A stretch of 64,000 nucleotides of DNA from Candidatus Cloacimonadota bacterium (GTDB lineage: Bacteria > Cloacimonadota > Cloacimonadia > Cloacimonadales > Cloacimonadaceae). Positions 1 to 8,855 of this stretch are shown here, one piece after another; positions within the stretch are counted from its first letter, which is position 1; the number at the start of each line of letters is the position of its first letter. Made by a program: the position numbers and the translations under genes. The stretch spans positions 1,025-65,024 of the forward strand of contig JAJBAW010000006.1 in NCBI GenBank assembly GCA_020532545.1, in the 5' to 3' direction. The notes beneath the pieces are model-generated. The model was not told the DNA's origin. It saw only the letters and a list, made by a program, of their open reading frames with translations, and did not search any database.

Positions 1-174
1 ATCCCCTTGCAGGAAGGCGGCAAAAGCTCTGGTCATGCCACAACCGGGGCAGGATTTGTGGGTAATGGCTTTGTAAATGCAGAGATTATGGCCATGGCCA
101 ATGCTTTCTGCCGGAATGGCAATCAAGCATACCGCAAGTACCAAGATCCCCGCCCAGAAGAGCAAAAAGAGCAA
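1..174 (-). CDS. DUF2752-like membrane protein, N-terminal part (gene runs off the left edge)
   Basis: Not in the ORF track because it is open-ended. The minus-strand frame from TTG (172-174) reads MLFLLFWAGILVLAVCLIAIPAESIGHGHNLCIYKAITHKSCPGCGMTRAFAAFLQGD. I recognise C-x8-CPGCGxTRA as the DUF2752 signature. It lies immediately downstream of a TM2-domain gene. Confidence 0.5.
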   Translation of the reverse strand, partial: MLFLLFWAGILVLAVCLIAIPAESIGHGHNLCIYKAITHKSCPGCGMTRAFAAFLQGD

Positions 175-181
175 AAGCTCC

Positions 182-595
182 CTATTGTTTGTAGAGCGGA
201 TATCCTTGTGCATCGGTATAACTGCCTGTAATGATGGTGATTAGATCTATCAGTGCCCAGATGCCACAGCCACCGCCAGTCAAAAGCTGCACCACACCTA
301 TGCCCGTGTGACCGGTATAAAAGCGATGAATGCCAAAGCCACCTAAAAAGATGCACAATAAAAGCGTGGTAAGCCAATCTTTTTGTTCGAAATTTATGCG
401 TTCCTGCTGCATAGCAGATTGCGGTTGAAAGGAAGAAGGCAAGGCAGAGCCACAACCGGTACAGACTATAGCAGTTCCGACTACGCTGTTGCCACAATTT
501 GCGCAAAACTTTCTGTGGATTCTGGGACTCGCTCCACATTTCATACAAGCCACTGCATTGGCATCTACCGGACTGCCACAATTCGTACAATACAT
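182..595 (-). CDS. TM2 domain membrane protein with N-terminal zinc-ribbon repeats
   Basis: 137 aa. It has three CxxC...CxxC zinc-ribbon-like repeats (YCTNCG, FCANCG, VCTGCG). These are followed by the TM2 core ([42 protein letters not shown]). Confidence 0.8.
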   Translation of the reverse strand: MYCTNCGSPVDANAVACMKCGASPRIHRKFCANCGNSVVGTAIVCTGCGSALPSSFQPQSAMQQERINFEQKDWLTTLLLCIFLGGFGIHRFYTGHTGIGVVQLLTGGGCGIWALIDLITIITGSYTDAQGYPLYKQ

Positions 596-818
596 TCAGG
601 TCTCCTTATTTTGCCGGACTATTGGAGCAAAGTTCTCTGATCTTTACTGATTCTTTTTGCTCTCGCAATTCACTAATGAAAGCTTTGCCCGAATGTCAAG
701 CATTTTCTTCATTTTGTGGTTCATCAGGGTGAAAGTCGGATGCCACAAAACGATTTTGTGCTTGACAAATTTAACGACTTATTAGCCTGCTTTTGTTTAA
801 GCATCAAGGAGTTAAAAA

Positions 819-1514
819 ATGAAGATATCAAAATCGATCAAACTGGAACGCAGCATGCGGTATGTATTCATCGCGCTATCGGCAATTGCGGTAATCTACA
901 ATCTGTTTACCCGCCAATGGGAAGTACTTTTATCAGCCATATTCACCCTCATTCTGTTTATCCTGCCTTCGCTTTTGGCGAAGCGTTCGAAGATCAAGAT
1001 TCCGGCGGCATTTCAGATTATAGTCCTGCTCTTCATTTTTGCTTCCATGTATCTGGGCGAAATCCATGGCTATTTTTACCGCTATGCCTGGTGGGACACC
1101 ATGCTGCACGCAAACTCCGCCATCATGCTGGCCTACATCGGCTTCCTTTTGATCTTTACTCTGAATAGGGACAAGCGCATGCATGTGCATCTCAGCCCTT
1201 TTTTCATGGCTTTATTCAGCTTCTGCTTTGCCTTGGCTGTGGGCAGTATGTGGGAAATCTTTGAATTTGGCGCGGATGTCATCTTTGGCGCAAATATGCA
1301 AAAAGCCAGAGGTTTGGAAGAGATTTATGGCGTATTTGATACGCGCCTGGGAGTGATAGACACCATGCGGGATCTCATTGTGGACGCCATCGGTGCCTTG
1401 ATCGTATCTGTGACCGGCTACATCCACATGACTCTTCGCAAGGATGCAAATTCAGCATTTTGGGCTATGCAAAAGGAGTTCGTCGAAACTAACCCCGATC
1501 TATTCGACAAATAA
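819..1514 (+). CDS. polytopic membrane protein (tentatively YjdF/DUF2238-like)
   Basis: 231 aa with about 6 hydrophobic segments and RBS AAGGAG 8 nt upstream. The motifs WDTMLHA and IDTMRDLIVDAIGAL resemble DUF2238. The family call is from memory only. Confidence 0.7.
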   Translation: MKISKSIKLERSMRYVFIALSAIAVIYNLFTRQWEVLLSAIFTLILFILPSLLAKRSKIKIPAAFQIIVLLFIFASMYLGEIHGYFYRYAWWDTMLHANSAIMLAYIGFLLIFTLNRDKRMHVHLSPFFMALFSFCFALAVGSMWEIFEFGADVIFGANMQKARGLEEIYGVFDTRLGVIDTMRDLIVDAIGALIVSVTGYIHMTLRKDANSAFWAMQKEFVETNPDLFDK

Positions 1515-1625
1515 GACAGCAAGCTGGCTACCGACTGTCAAAGCGCTGTTCAGCTCTGCATCTAAGATTTGCTTTTTAGAGCTCTTTCGATATCATATCT
1601 TATAGATAGACATTAGAGGTGTAAA

Positions 1626-3848
1626 ATGCAATTACAGATAGGAATAGATGGTATGCACTGCGCTTCTTGCAGTGCCAATGTAGAAAAAAGTGTTTCCGGC
1701 CTCCCTGGAGTCTCCAAGGTGCACGTGAATCTGGCTTTGGAAGAAGCCATGGTGGAATTTGACGACGGCAAGCTGGATCAGGAAGAGATCTTTGAGAGTA
1801 TCACAGCCTTGGGCTTCAAGGTGCGTGAGACCTTGCATCTGGGTGAAGATGAGCAGATTGCGAAGATGCACATTGCCCGCAAGCGCATGAATTTTAGCTG
1901 GATTATCACCGCCATCGTCATGGTTTTGATGCTCCCGCATATGCTGCCCCACGCGGTTTTTGGGGGACAGATATTTGGGCATCAGATCGATGCCTGGCTG
2001 ATGTTTAGCCTCTCGCTGGTGGCCATGCTCTTTCCAGCCCGTGAGGTCTATACCTCTGCCTGGAAATCTCTGCGTGCCCGGGCGGCGAATATGGAAGTAC
2101 TGATCGCTATGGGCACCATCGCCTCGATCGTGGTTACCCCGCTTTCGTTGGTGGTGGAAGGCATCCTCGCCCATCAATTTGCCGGCATCGCCGCCATGAT
2201 TATCTCCTTTTACCTCACCGGACGCTATCTGGAAAGCAAAGCCCGGGGCAAAGCCAGCGAAGCCTTACGCAAATTAGTCTCTCTGGGTGCCAAAACCGCT
2301 CTGCTGCTGGTAGATGGCGAAGAAGTGGAGACGCCTGTTCACCGGATCAAAAGCGGCGATATCTTCATCGTAAAACCAGGTACCAAAGTACCCACCGACG
2401 GCGTGATCGTAAGCGGCACCAGCTCTTTGGACGAATCCATTGCCACCGGAGAATCCCTGCCCGTCACTCGCTCTGCAGGTGAAAATGTCTTGGGCGCCAC
2501 CATCAATCTGGAAGGCTATTTTCAGGCCAAAGCCACCAAAGTAGGCAGCGAAACCTTTTTGGCCCAGGTAATCAAGATGGTAAGCGATGCCCAACACTCC
2601 AAGGTGCCCATCCAGCTTTTAGCGGATAAAGTCATCGCGATCTTTGTGCCCGTAGTCATAGTTCTGGCCTTTGTGGTCTTCTTCTCCTGGCTGATCTTTC
2701 CTGGCTTTATGGCTGCAGTGGCGGCTTTTATCACCACTTTCATTCCGCTTTCTTTGCCCGCTGAGGGATTGGCCGCTGCACTGATGGCCACGATCGCCAC
2801 TTTGGTGATTGCCTGTCCCTGCGCACTTGGTTTGGCCACGCCCACCGCTTTGATGGTAGGCTCTGGCATAGGAGCCACAAATGGCATCCTGATCCGCAGT
2901 GGAGAAGCCTTGCAACGCATGAAAGACGTGGATACCATACTTTTCGACAAAACCGGAACCCTCACCCATGGCAAACCGGAACTGATCAAGATCCAGAGCC
3001 TGAAAGGCACGGATGCTGAGAACCTCAGCCTGGCGCACAGTCTGGAATCGCTCAGCGAACACCCTCTGGCTCTTGCCATCAAAAACGCCGCTCAGAAGCG
3101 CGGAATCCAGGCCTTGCCCACCGCAGAATTTCAGTCCAGTACCGGACGTGGCATCAGCGCTACTATCGAGGGGAAAAAGTATATGATGGGCAGCCTGAAC
3201 TGGATGACTGAACAGGGTTTAACAGCGCCAGACCAGCCTGCAGATCAGGATCTGGCCTATGCCGGCAAGATATATCTGGCTGATAGCACTGGAGTTCTGG
3301 CCGCGTTCTATGTGGCCGATACCATCAAAGCAGAAGCTTTTGAGATCGTGCAAACCTTATCCAAACAAGGGCTCAAACTCATTATGATGAGCGGCGATAA
3401 TCAAGAAACCGCAGAGGCTATTGCCAAAAGCTGTGGCATCACCGAGGTAATGGCCAGTGTGCTCCCGGGTGAAAAAGCGCAAAAAGTCAAGGACTTACAG
3501 ACCCAGGGACGAGTAGTGGCCATGATCGGAGACGGGATCAACGATGCTCCCGCTCTCAAACAAGCAGATATCGGCATCGCCATGGGCATGGGCACAGATA
3601 TCGCCATCGAAGCCGCTGATATCACCATTTTAAGAGGAGATCTGAAGCTCATCCCTCTGGCCCTCAGGCTCTCGAAACAGACCTTTGCCAAGATTCGGCA
3701 AAACCTGTTTTGGGCCTTCTTTTACAACCTCGTTGCCATACCTCTGGCAGCGTTTGGGGTGCTGCATCCCGTGATCGCAGAGATGGCCATGGCGCTCAGC
3801 TCCGTCACGGTGGTTACCAATGCCAATCTGCTGAGGCGCAAGTTTTAG
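1626..3848 (+). CDS. copA: copper-translocating P1B-type ATPase
   Basis: 740 aa. It carries the HMA motif GMHCASCS, the CPC motif (IACPCALGLATP), the phosphorylation site FDKTGTLT and the hinge GDGINDAP. RBS AGAGGTG lies upstream. Confidence 0.95.
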   Translation: MQLQIGIDGMHCASCSANVEKSVSGLPGVSKVHVNLALEEAMVEFDDGKLDQEEIFESITALGFKVRETLHLGEDEQIAKMHIARKRMNFSWIITAIVMVLMLPHMLPHAVFGGQIFGHQIDAWLMFSLSLVAMLFPAREVYTSAWKSLRARAANMEVLIAMGTIASIVVTPLSLVVEGILAHQFAGIAAMIISFYLTGRYLESKARGKASEALRKLVSLGAKTALLLVDGEEVETPVHRIKSGDIFIVKPGTKVPTDGVIVSGTSSLDESIATGESLPVTRSAGENVLGATINLEGYFQAKATKVGSETFLAQVIKMVSDAQHSKVPIQLLADKVIAIFVPVVIVLAFVVFFSWLIFPGFMAAVAAFITTFIPLSLPAEGLAAALMATIATLVIACPCALGLATPTALMVGSGIGATNGILIRSGEALQRMKDVDTILFDKTGTLTHGKPELIKIQSLKGTDAENLSLAHSLESLSEHPLALAIKNAAQKRGIQALPTAEFQSSTGRGISATIEGKKYMMGSLNWMTEQGLTAPDQPADQDLAYAGKIYLADSTGVLAAFYVADTIKAEAFEIVQTLSKQGLKLIMMSGDNQETAEAIAKSCGITEVMASVLPGEKAQKVKDLQTQGRVVAMIGDGINDAPALKQADIGIAMGMGTDIAIEAADITILRGDLKLIPLALRLSKQTFAKIRQNLFWAFFYNLVAIPLAAFGVLHPVIAEMAMALSSVTVVTNANLLRRKF

Positions 3849-4020
3849 AGTGTTGAGGGAATCTCTCACAGATCAAGGTAGGATTCGATGCGTCTCGCGT
3901 CGAACAAGGCCGAAGGTCTTGATAAAAAGGCTACAGGTCTGCTAATAAGGGAGCAGGTTCCGTGCTCTGCAGGCGAGACGCCTGCTATCCAGCAACGCCT
4001 CCCGCACTATCCCTCATACT

Positions 4021-4067
4021 CTTTATCCGTGTCAATCTGTGTGATCTGTGAGATCTGTGTGAGACAC
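4021..4067 (+). repeat. ATCCG-phased repeat family B, degenerate copy
   Basis: ctttatccgtgtcaatctgtgtgatctgtgagatctgtgtgagacac aligns base-for-base with 40840-40885, with about 12 mismatches counted by hand. Confidence 0.6.
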
Positions 4068-4130
4068 TTTACACAAGTGCTATAGCTAACGCACGCACCG
4101 TCTGAAGACAGCGTTACCCACACAAAAGGA

Positions 4131-4158
4131 AAGGGCGTGATCACTCACGCCCTTTTTC
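4131..4158. terminator. bidirectional intrinsic terminator between convergent copA and the M3 peptidase gene
   Basis: The stem is aagggcgtga / tcacgccctt (10 bp) with loop tcac. It has a T-run on the plus side and an A-run just upstream, which reads as a T-run on the minus strand. Confidence 0.7.
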
Positions 4159-4171
4159 ATTAGCTATTTAT

Positions 4172-6253
4172 TTATAAGAGGCCATCGCGTTTCAGCAAGG
4201 CATCGGCATCCAGGGCTCGTCCCCTAAAGGCTTCAAAGAGCTCATCAGGAGCGAAGGCATTACCTCTGGAGAGGATGAACTTTCGGAAGTTCTGCGCAGT
4301 TTCCTGATCGAAAATCCCGTGTTCTTTAAAGGCACTCCAGGCATCGGCATCCAAGGCTTCCGCCCATTTATAGGAGTAATATCCCGCAGCATAGCCTCCG
4401 GCAAAGATATGCGCAAAAGCGCAGGAGCTATTCGTGCCGGGAACAGGCGGGAGCAGCGTGAAACGTTCATTGGATTTCTTTTCAAAGGCATCCACATCCT
4501 CGATTTTGGCGGGATCCGCAAGATGCCAGTCAAAATCCAGATTGGCATAGCGCAATTGGCCGATATTGCCGGTGCCAGCATTGAAGTTCTTGGCTGCGAT
4601 CACTTTGTCCAGCAGCTCTTTGGGCAGAGGCTCACCGGTCTGGTAATGGCGGGCAAAAAGATTCAGCGCTTCTTCTTCCAAGAGCCAGTTTTCCATGATC
4701 TGGCTGGGCAATTCCACAAAATCCCAGAGCACGGATGTGCCTGACAAAGCATGATAATAGCCATCTGCCAATAAGGAATGCAGGGCATGACCAAATTCGT
4801 GGAACACAGTCCTGGCTTCATCCATGCGCAGCAGCGAAGGGGTCTTGTCTGTGGAAGGAGTAAGGCTGCCCACTATCATCACTTGCGGTCTCCACATGCC
4901 ATCGGCATACATGCCCTGGCCGTGCAGAGAGGTCTTCCAGGCGCCACCGCGTTTGGTATCGCGAGGGAAAAGATCGATGTAAAGCAGGCCCAGGTAGCTG
5001 CCATCGCCATCATGGGCTTCCCAGGTGGTCACATCTTCATGATACACAGGCACATCGTGCACCTGTTTCATGGTGATGCCATAGATCTTATTGACTACAG
5101 TAAAGAGGCCGTTGATCACGTCTTCCACCTTGAACCAGGGTCTGAGCTCTTCCGGATCAAAGTCAAAAAGCTTTTCTTTGAGTTTGTTGCTATAATAGCC
5201 CCAATCCCAGCTCTGTAGCTCATTGATGCCATCCATTTCCTGGGCCAGTTTGGCCACGGCATCGCGCTCAGCCTGGGCGGCAGGATAGGCTACTTCATAG
5301 ATGCGGTCCAAAAAGTCCCGGGCGATCGGAACCGAGCCGGCCATGCGATCTTCCAGGACATACTCTGCGTGATTGGCATAGCCCAAAAGCAGAGCCCGCT
5401 CTTTTCTGAGTTCCAGGGTGCGTTTGATCAAATCCTGGTTGTCCCATTCGTCTTTGAAAGCGCGGGAAGAATAGGCTGTGGAGATCTTCTTGCGAGTCTC
5501 CCTGTTTTTGCAATAGGTGAGCAGCGGGGTCACACTGGAAGGTTGCAAACTGAAGCTCCAGCCGCTTTCCTTGCCCTTTCTTTTGGCCAGAAACGCTGCC
5601 GCTTCCAAAGCGCCTTCCGGGATGCCTTCCACGTCTTTGGGGTCTGTGGTGTACAGCTCAAAGGAGTTTGTGGCATTCAGCACGTTGTCGCTAAAGCGGG
5701 GAGAAAGCTGAGCGCTTTCCATGGCGATTTCGGTAAAGCGTTTCTTGTCTTCAGCTTTCAACATGGCACCGCCACGGATGAAGCTCTTATATTTGCGTTC
5801 GATCAGGCGATAGCGTTCGGCTTTCTTGAGTGCATCTTTATCGCTGAAGTCTTTGGGAACCGTGGGTTTGGGCTTGCCCTGTACTTCGGCTTCATATACC
5901 GCTTTCACCCGTTCAAAGATCTTGGGATCGGTGGCAATGCTGGAGCCAAATTCTGCCAGCATGGACGAGATTTTCGGCGCCAAAGCCTTAAATTCGGCAT
6001 CGGAATGGGCGCTTAAGAGATTAAAGTACACTGTGGTAGCATAGTCCAGTTCCACGCCGTCGTTATCCAGCGGCAGGATGGTGTTTTCGAAAGTGGGGGC
6101 TGCGGGGTTGTTTTTCAGTGCCTCTACCTCCGCTCTTGCAATCTTCAGCCCTTCTTCAATGGCTGGCATGAAGTGTTCCAGTTTGATTTCATCAAAGGGA
6201 ATAGCCTTCAGACGATGGGTGTTCTCTTTGCGTAATAAGGGGTTAACTTGCAT
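4172..6253 (-). CDS. M3 family zinc metallopeptidase (peptidyl-dipeptidase Dcp / oligopeptidase A-like)
   Basis: 693 aa with the HExxH motif in the context TVFHEFGHALH. The length is typical of the M3 family. RBS AAGGAGAGG lies upstream. Confidence 0.9.
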   Translation of the reverse strand: MQVNPLLRKENTHRLKAIPFDEIKLEHFMPAIEEGLKIARAEVEALKNNPAAPTFENTILPLDNDGVELDYATTVYFNLLSAHSDAEFKALAPKISSMLAEFGSSIATDPKIFERVKAVYEAEVQGKPKPTVPKDFSDKDALKKAERYRLIERKYKSFIRGGAMLKAEDKKRFTEIAMESAQLSPRFSDNVLNATNSFELYTTDPKDVEGIPEGALEAAAFLAKRKGKESGWSFSLQPSSVTPLLTYCKNRETRKKISTAYSSRAFKDEWDNQDLIKRTLELRKERALLLGYANHAEYVLEDRMAGSVPIARDFLDRIYEVAYPAAQAERDAVAKLAQEMDGINELQSWDWGYYSNKLKEKLFDFDPEELRPWFKVEDVINGLFTVVNKIYGITMKQVHDVPVYHEDVTTWEAHDGDGSYLGLLYIDLFPRDTKRGGAWKTSLHGQGMYADGMWRPQVMIVGSLTPSTDKTPSLLRMDEARTVFHEFGHALHSLLADGYYHALSGTSVLWDFVELPSQIMENWLLEEEALNLFARHYQTGEPLPKELLDKVIAAKNFNAGTGNIGQLRYANLDFDWHLADPAKIEDVDAFEKKSNERFTLLPPVPGTNSSCAFAHIFAGGYAAGYYSYKWAEALDADAWSAFKEHGIFDQETAQNFRKFILSRGNAFAPDELFEAFRGRALDADALLKRDGLL

Positions 6254-6290
6254 TTCCTCTCCTTTATTCTGTTAATATTAGTTTACAGAC

Positions 6291-6319
6291 AAGATATATC
6301 AATACAGCTTTTTAGTCAA
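6291..6319 (-). promoter_or_regulatory. candidate sigma70-type promoter for the M3 peptidase gene
   Basis: On the minus strand a TTGACT box is followed after 15-17 nt by TATATC/TATCTT, about 35-40 nt upstream of the ATG at 6253. Confidence 0.35.
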
Positions 6320-6350
6320 TAATTATCCTCACTTGGGCTGTTCATTTTGC

Positions 6351-8855
6351 TTATTCTGCCTCTTTTTTGATGAGTTCTGCCAGGATTGCTCTGGCGTGAG
6401 ACTTCGCTCCTTCTCCCTGTTCGGCGACTGGCCCTACGCAGGATGGGCAGCCTGCTTCACAGGCGCAGTGGTCGATCTGCTCCAGTGCGGCTTGAAAGAG
6501 CTGATCCTGGATCTCATAGAGTTTCTTGCACAGGCCGATGCCTCCGGGGACTTTGTCGTAAAGTGCGATTACCGGATCGCCATTGGCGAGCTTTGATTCC
6601 GGTTCAAAATGCAGCCCCAGATCCCCGGGATCGCACATCACAAAGAAGCCGGCCAGATTGCTGAGCAGATAGGCCAGGCCCGAAAGCCCGCTTTGGATGC
6701 GCACCTGCTGTTCGGCCAGATGGTGGCAGCGGGGACAGAGAGTGATGAGATTCTCCGGCTGATTGGCTTCCTGGCTGGAGCCAAACTTCCTGAAAGGAAT
6801 GCGGTGATGCACATCCCAAGCCCGGTCATCCTCAGGGGCCTGACAATTGACACAACGGTAGTTATCCCGTCGGCGAATCTCCTGGCTAATGCGCTTCCAG
6901 TCTTTACCATAATCATTCACATCGCTATTCCAGAGCCCCTGCTCACGGATCTTCTCGATCATGGGATGAGAAAAAGAGAGCCACCAGGCCATGGTATCCA
7001 GCTCCTGCATAGGCAGATCCAGTTCCTGAATGCCCAAAACTTCCATGCTGCCAAACTTGATCTTCTTAAATCCTGTGATCTGGCACTGCACCAGCACCCT
7101 GCCAAAATGCTTCTTACCCCAGTGATATTCATGGATGCGCCTGAGCTTGGTAAGGATCAGATCCGTCTCCCGCAGGGCTTGAGTGTAATAATCCGCCTGA
7201 ATCTCCTGAAGCAGCACCAGTTTCTTCTCCAGATCGAGCTCTTTCACGATCCAGGTCTCCCCCAAATGCAGGTAGATGGCATTGGGATGGGTCATCCACA
7301 AGGCGCTTGCCTCATCCACGTAGCCAATGCACTCACCTTCTGCCATGATGGGGAACTGATTGGAGGCATTGCGCAGAGACACTTCCGCCGCAGGATATTC
7401 ACCCACGATGCCCAGGTATTTGCTGCCCGCTTTGCGAATGCGGCCTTCATCCAGCAAAACCTGCAGATAGCCGGAGAGTTCGATAAAGCTCATGTTGCCA
7501 AAGTCTTCGCCTTCCTTCAATGAAAGCTCGCTGATGGCGCAGAGCAGCTCCTGAAGCAAAATCTCAGTATTGTTCGGATCAATCAAGGCCTGTTCGGGAT
7601 TGTTTCCCCAGAGGTATTCAGGATGCTGGCAGATGTACTGATCCAGGGGATTGCTGGCTGCTACCAATATGGACAAAGCGGTATTAGCCTTGCGTCCGGC
7701 CCGGCCAGCCTCTTGCCGCACAGAGGATATCGTTCCGGGATAAGAGTTGATCAGCGCCACATCCAGGCCGCCGATATCGATGCCGAGTTCCAGAGCATTG
7801 GTACTGATGATCAGCTTTAGCTGGCCCTCACGGAGTTTCTTTTCGATCTCGCGCCGATCTTGAGCCAGATAGCCGCTGCGATAGGAGGCGATTTTGTCCC
7901 GAAACTGCTTCGGAGTATGCAAAAGCAGCATTTCCACACTGCGCCGCGAAGCGCTGAACAGAATGCTCTGCAGAGGGTAGTGGAGCAGCATTTTGGCCAG
8001 AGCCCCGCTTTCTGCACTGCTACTGCGCCGGATCCCCAAATTCCTGTTTTCCAGCGGAGGATTGATGATAAGGTTGATCCTTTTGCCCATCGGTGAGCCG
8101 TCACTATCGATCAGAATCACCTCTTCGCCAATTAGTTCCTGCGCCAGCTCCTGAGCATTGGCCAGAGTAGCTGAAGTGCAGATGAATACAGGCTTCTGCT
8201 GATAGAGCCGGCAGATGCGCTTCAGCCTGCGGATCACATTGGCAAAGTGCGAACCAAAGACCCCGCGATAGTAGTGAACTTCATCTATCACCACGTATTG
8301 CAGGCGGGCAAAGAATGTCATCCAGAGGCTGTGATTGGGGAGTATGCCCACATGCAGCATATCGGGATTGCTGAAGACGATATTGGCCTGTTTGCGGATG
8401 CGGCTTCTGTCCTGAGCAGGGGTATCGCCATCATAGATTGCGTTGTAGATTTTCTCCCCATTTTTGGCAGTCAGAGCGGCGCAGAGTTCGGTCATTTTCT
8501 GCGTTTGATCCTGAGCCAAAGCCTTGGTGGGATAGAGCAAAAGTACCCGGGCTTTGGGGTCCAGGATGAGGCTGTTCAAAATGGGCAATTGATAGCATAG
8601 ACTCTTACCACTGGCCACACCGCTGCTGATCACAACATTTTCTCTTTGCAAAATACACCTGATAGCCTCGGCCTGATGTGAATAAAGCTGGGAAATGCCC
8701 TGATCTTTCAAAACATCAATCAAGAGTGGATTTAGTAGAGCCGGAAAGTCCGCATACACAGGCTCTCGCGCTGGTGCGATATTGGTGGATACGATGGTCT
8801 CGCGATGCCTTTTATCGCGCTGCAGACGCTCTACAAAATCATTGATAGCTTGCAT
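6351..8855 (-). CDS. SF2 DEAD/DEAH-type helicase with an inserted HNH nuclease motif and a C-terminal DUF1998/MrfA-type zinc ribbon
   Basis: 834 aa. The helicase motifs are I SGVASGKS, II DEVH, III SAT and VI QEAGRAGR. The HNH signature is RCVNC...DVHHRIPF...NLITLCPRCHH. The C-terminal Cys cluster is HCACEAGCPSC. Confidence 0.85.
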   Translation of the reverse strand: MQAINDFVERLQRDKRHRETIVSTNIAPAREPVYADFPALLNPLLIDVLKDQGISQLYSHQAEAIRCILQRENVVISSGVASGKSLCYQLPILNSLILDPKARVLLLYPTKALAQDQTQKMTELCAALTAKNGEKIYNAIYDGDTPAQDRSRIRKQANIVFSNPDMLHVGILPNHSLWMTFFARLQYVVIDEVHYYRGVFGSHFANVIRRLKRICRLYQQKPVFICTSATLANAQELAQELIGEEVILIDSDGSPMGKRINLIINPPLENRNLGIRRSSSAESGALAKMLLHYPLQSILFSASRRSVEMLLLHTPKQFRDKIASYRSGYLAQDRREIEKKLREGQLKLIISTNALELGIDIGGLDVALINSYPGTISSVRQEAGRAGRKANTALSILVAASNPLDQYICQHPEYLWGNNPEQALIDPNNTEILLQELLCAISELSLKEGEDFGNMSFIELSGYLQVLLDEGRIRKAGSKYLGIVGEYPAAEVSLRNASNQFPIMAEGECIGYVDEASALWMTHPNAIYLHLGETWIVKELDLEKKLVLLQEIQADYYTQALRETDLILTKLRRIHEYHWGKKHFGRVLVQCQITGFKKIKFGSMEVLGIQELDLPMQELDTMAWWLSFSHPMIEKIREQGLWNSDVNDYGKDWKRISQEIRRRDNYRCVNCQAPEDDRAWDVHHRIPFRKFGSSQEANQPENLITLCPRCHHLAEQQVRIQSGLSGLAYLLSNLAGFFVMCDPGDLGLHFEPESKLANGDPVIALYDKVPGGIGLCKKLYEIQDQLFQAALEQIDHCACEAGCPSCVGPVAEQGEGAKSHARAILAELIKKEAE

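Noticed and set aside
7-590. ORF-track entries 7-231 (+) and 123-590 (-).
   Set aside because: They overlap the better-supported minus-strand DUF2752-like and TM2-domain genes. Their low-complexity translations have no recognisable motifs.
1596-1608. A small palindrome TATCT-TAT-AGATA upstream of copA as a CsoR/CopY-type operator.
   Set aside because: It is too short (5-bp arms), does not match the operator consensus I know, and no cognate regulator gene is adjacent.
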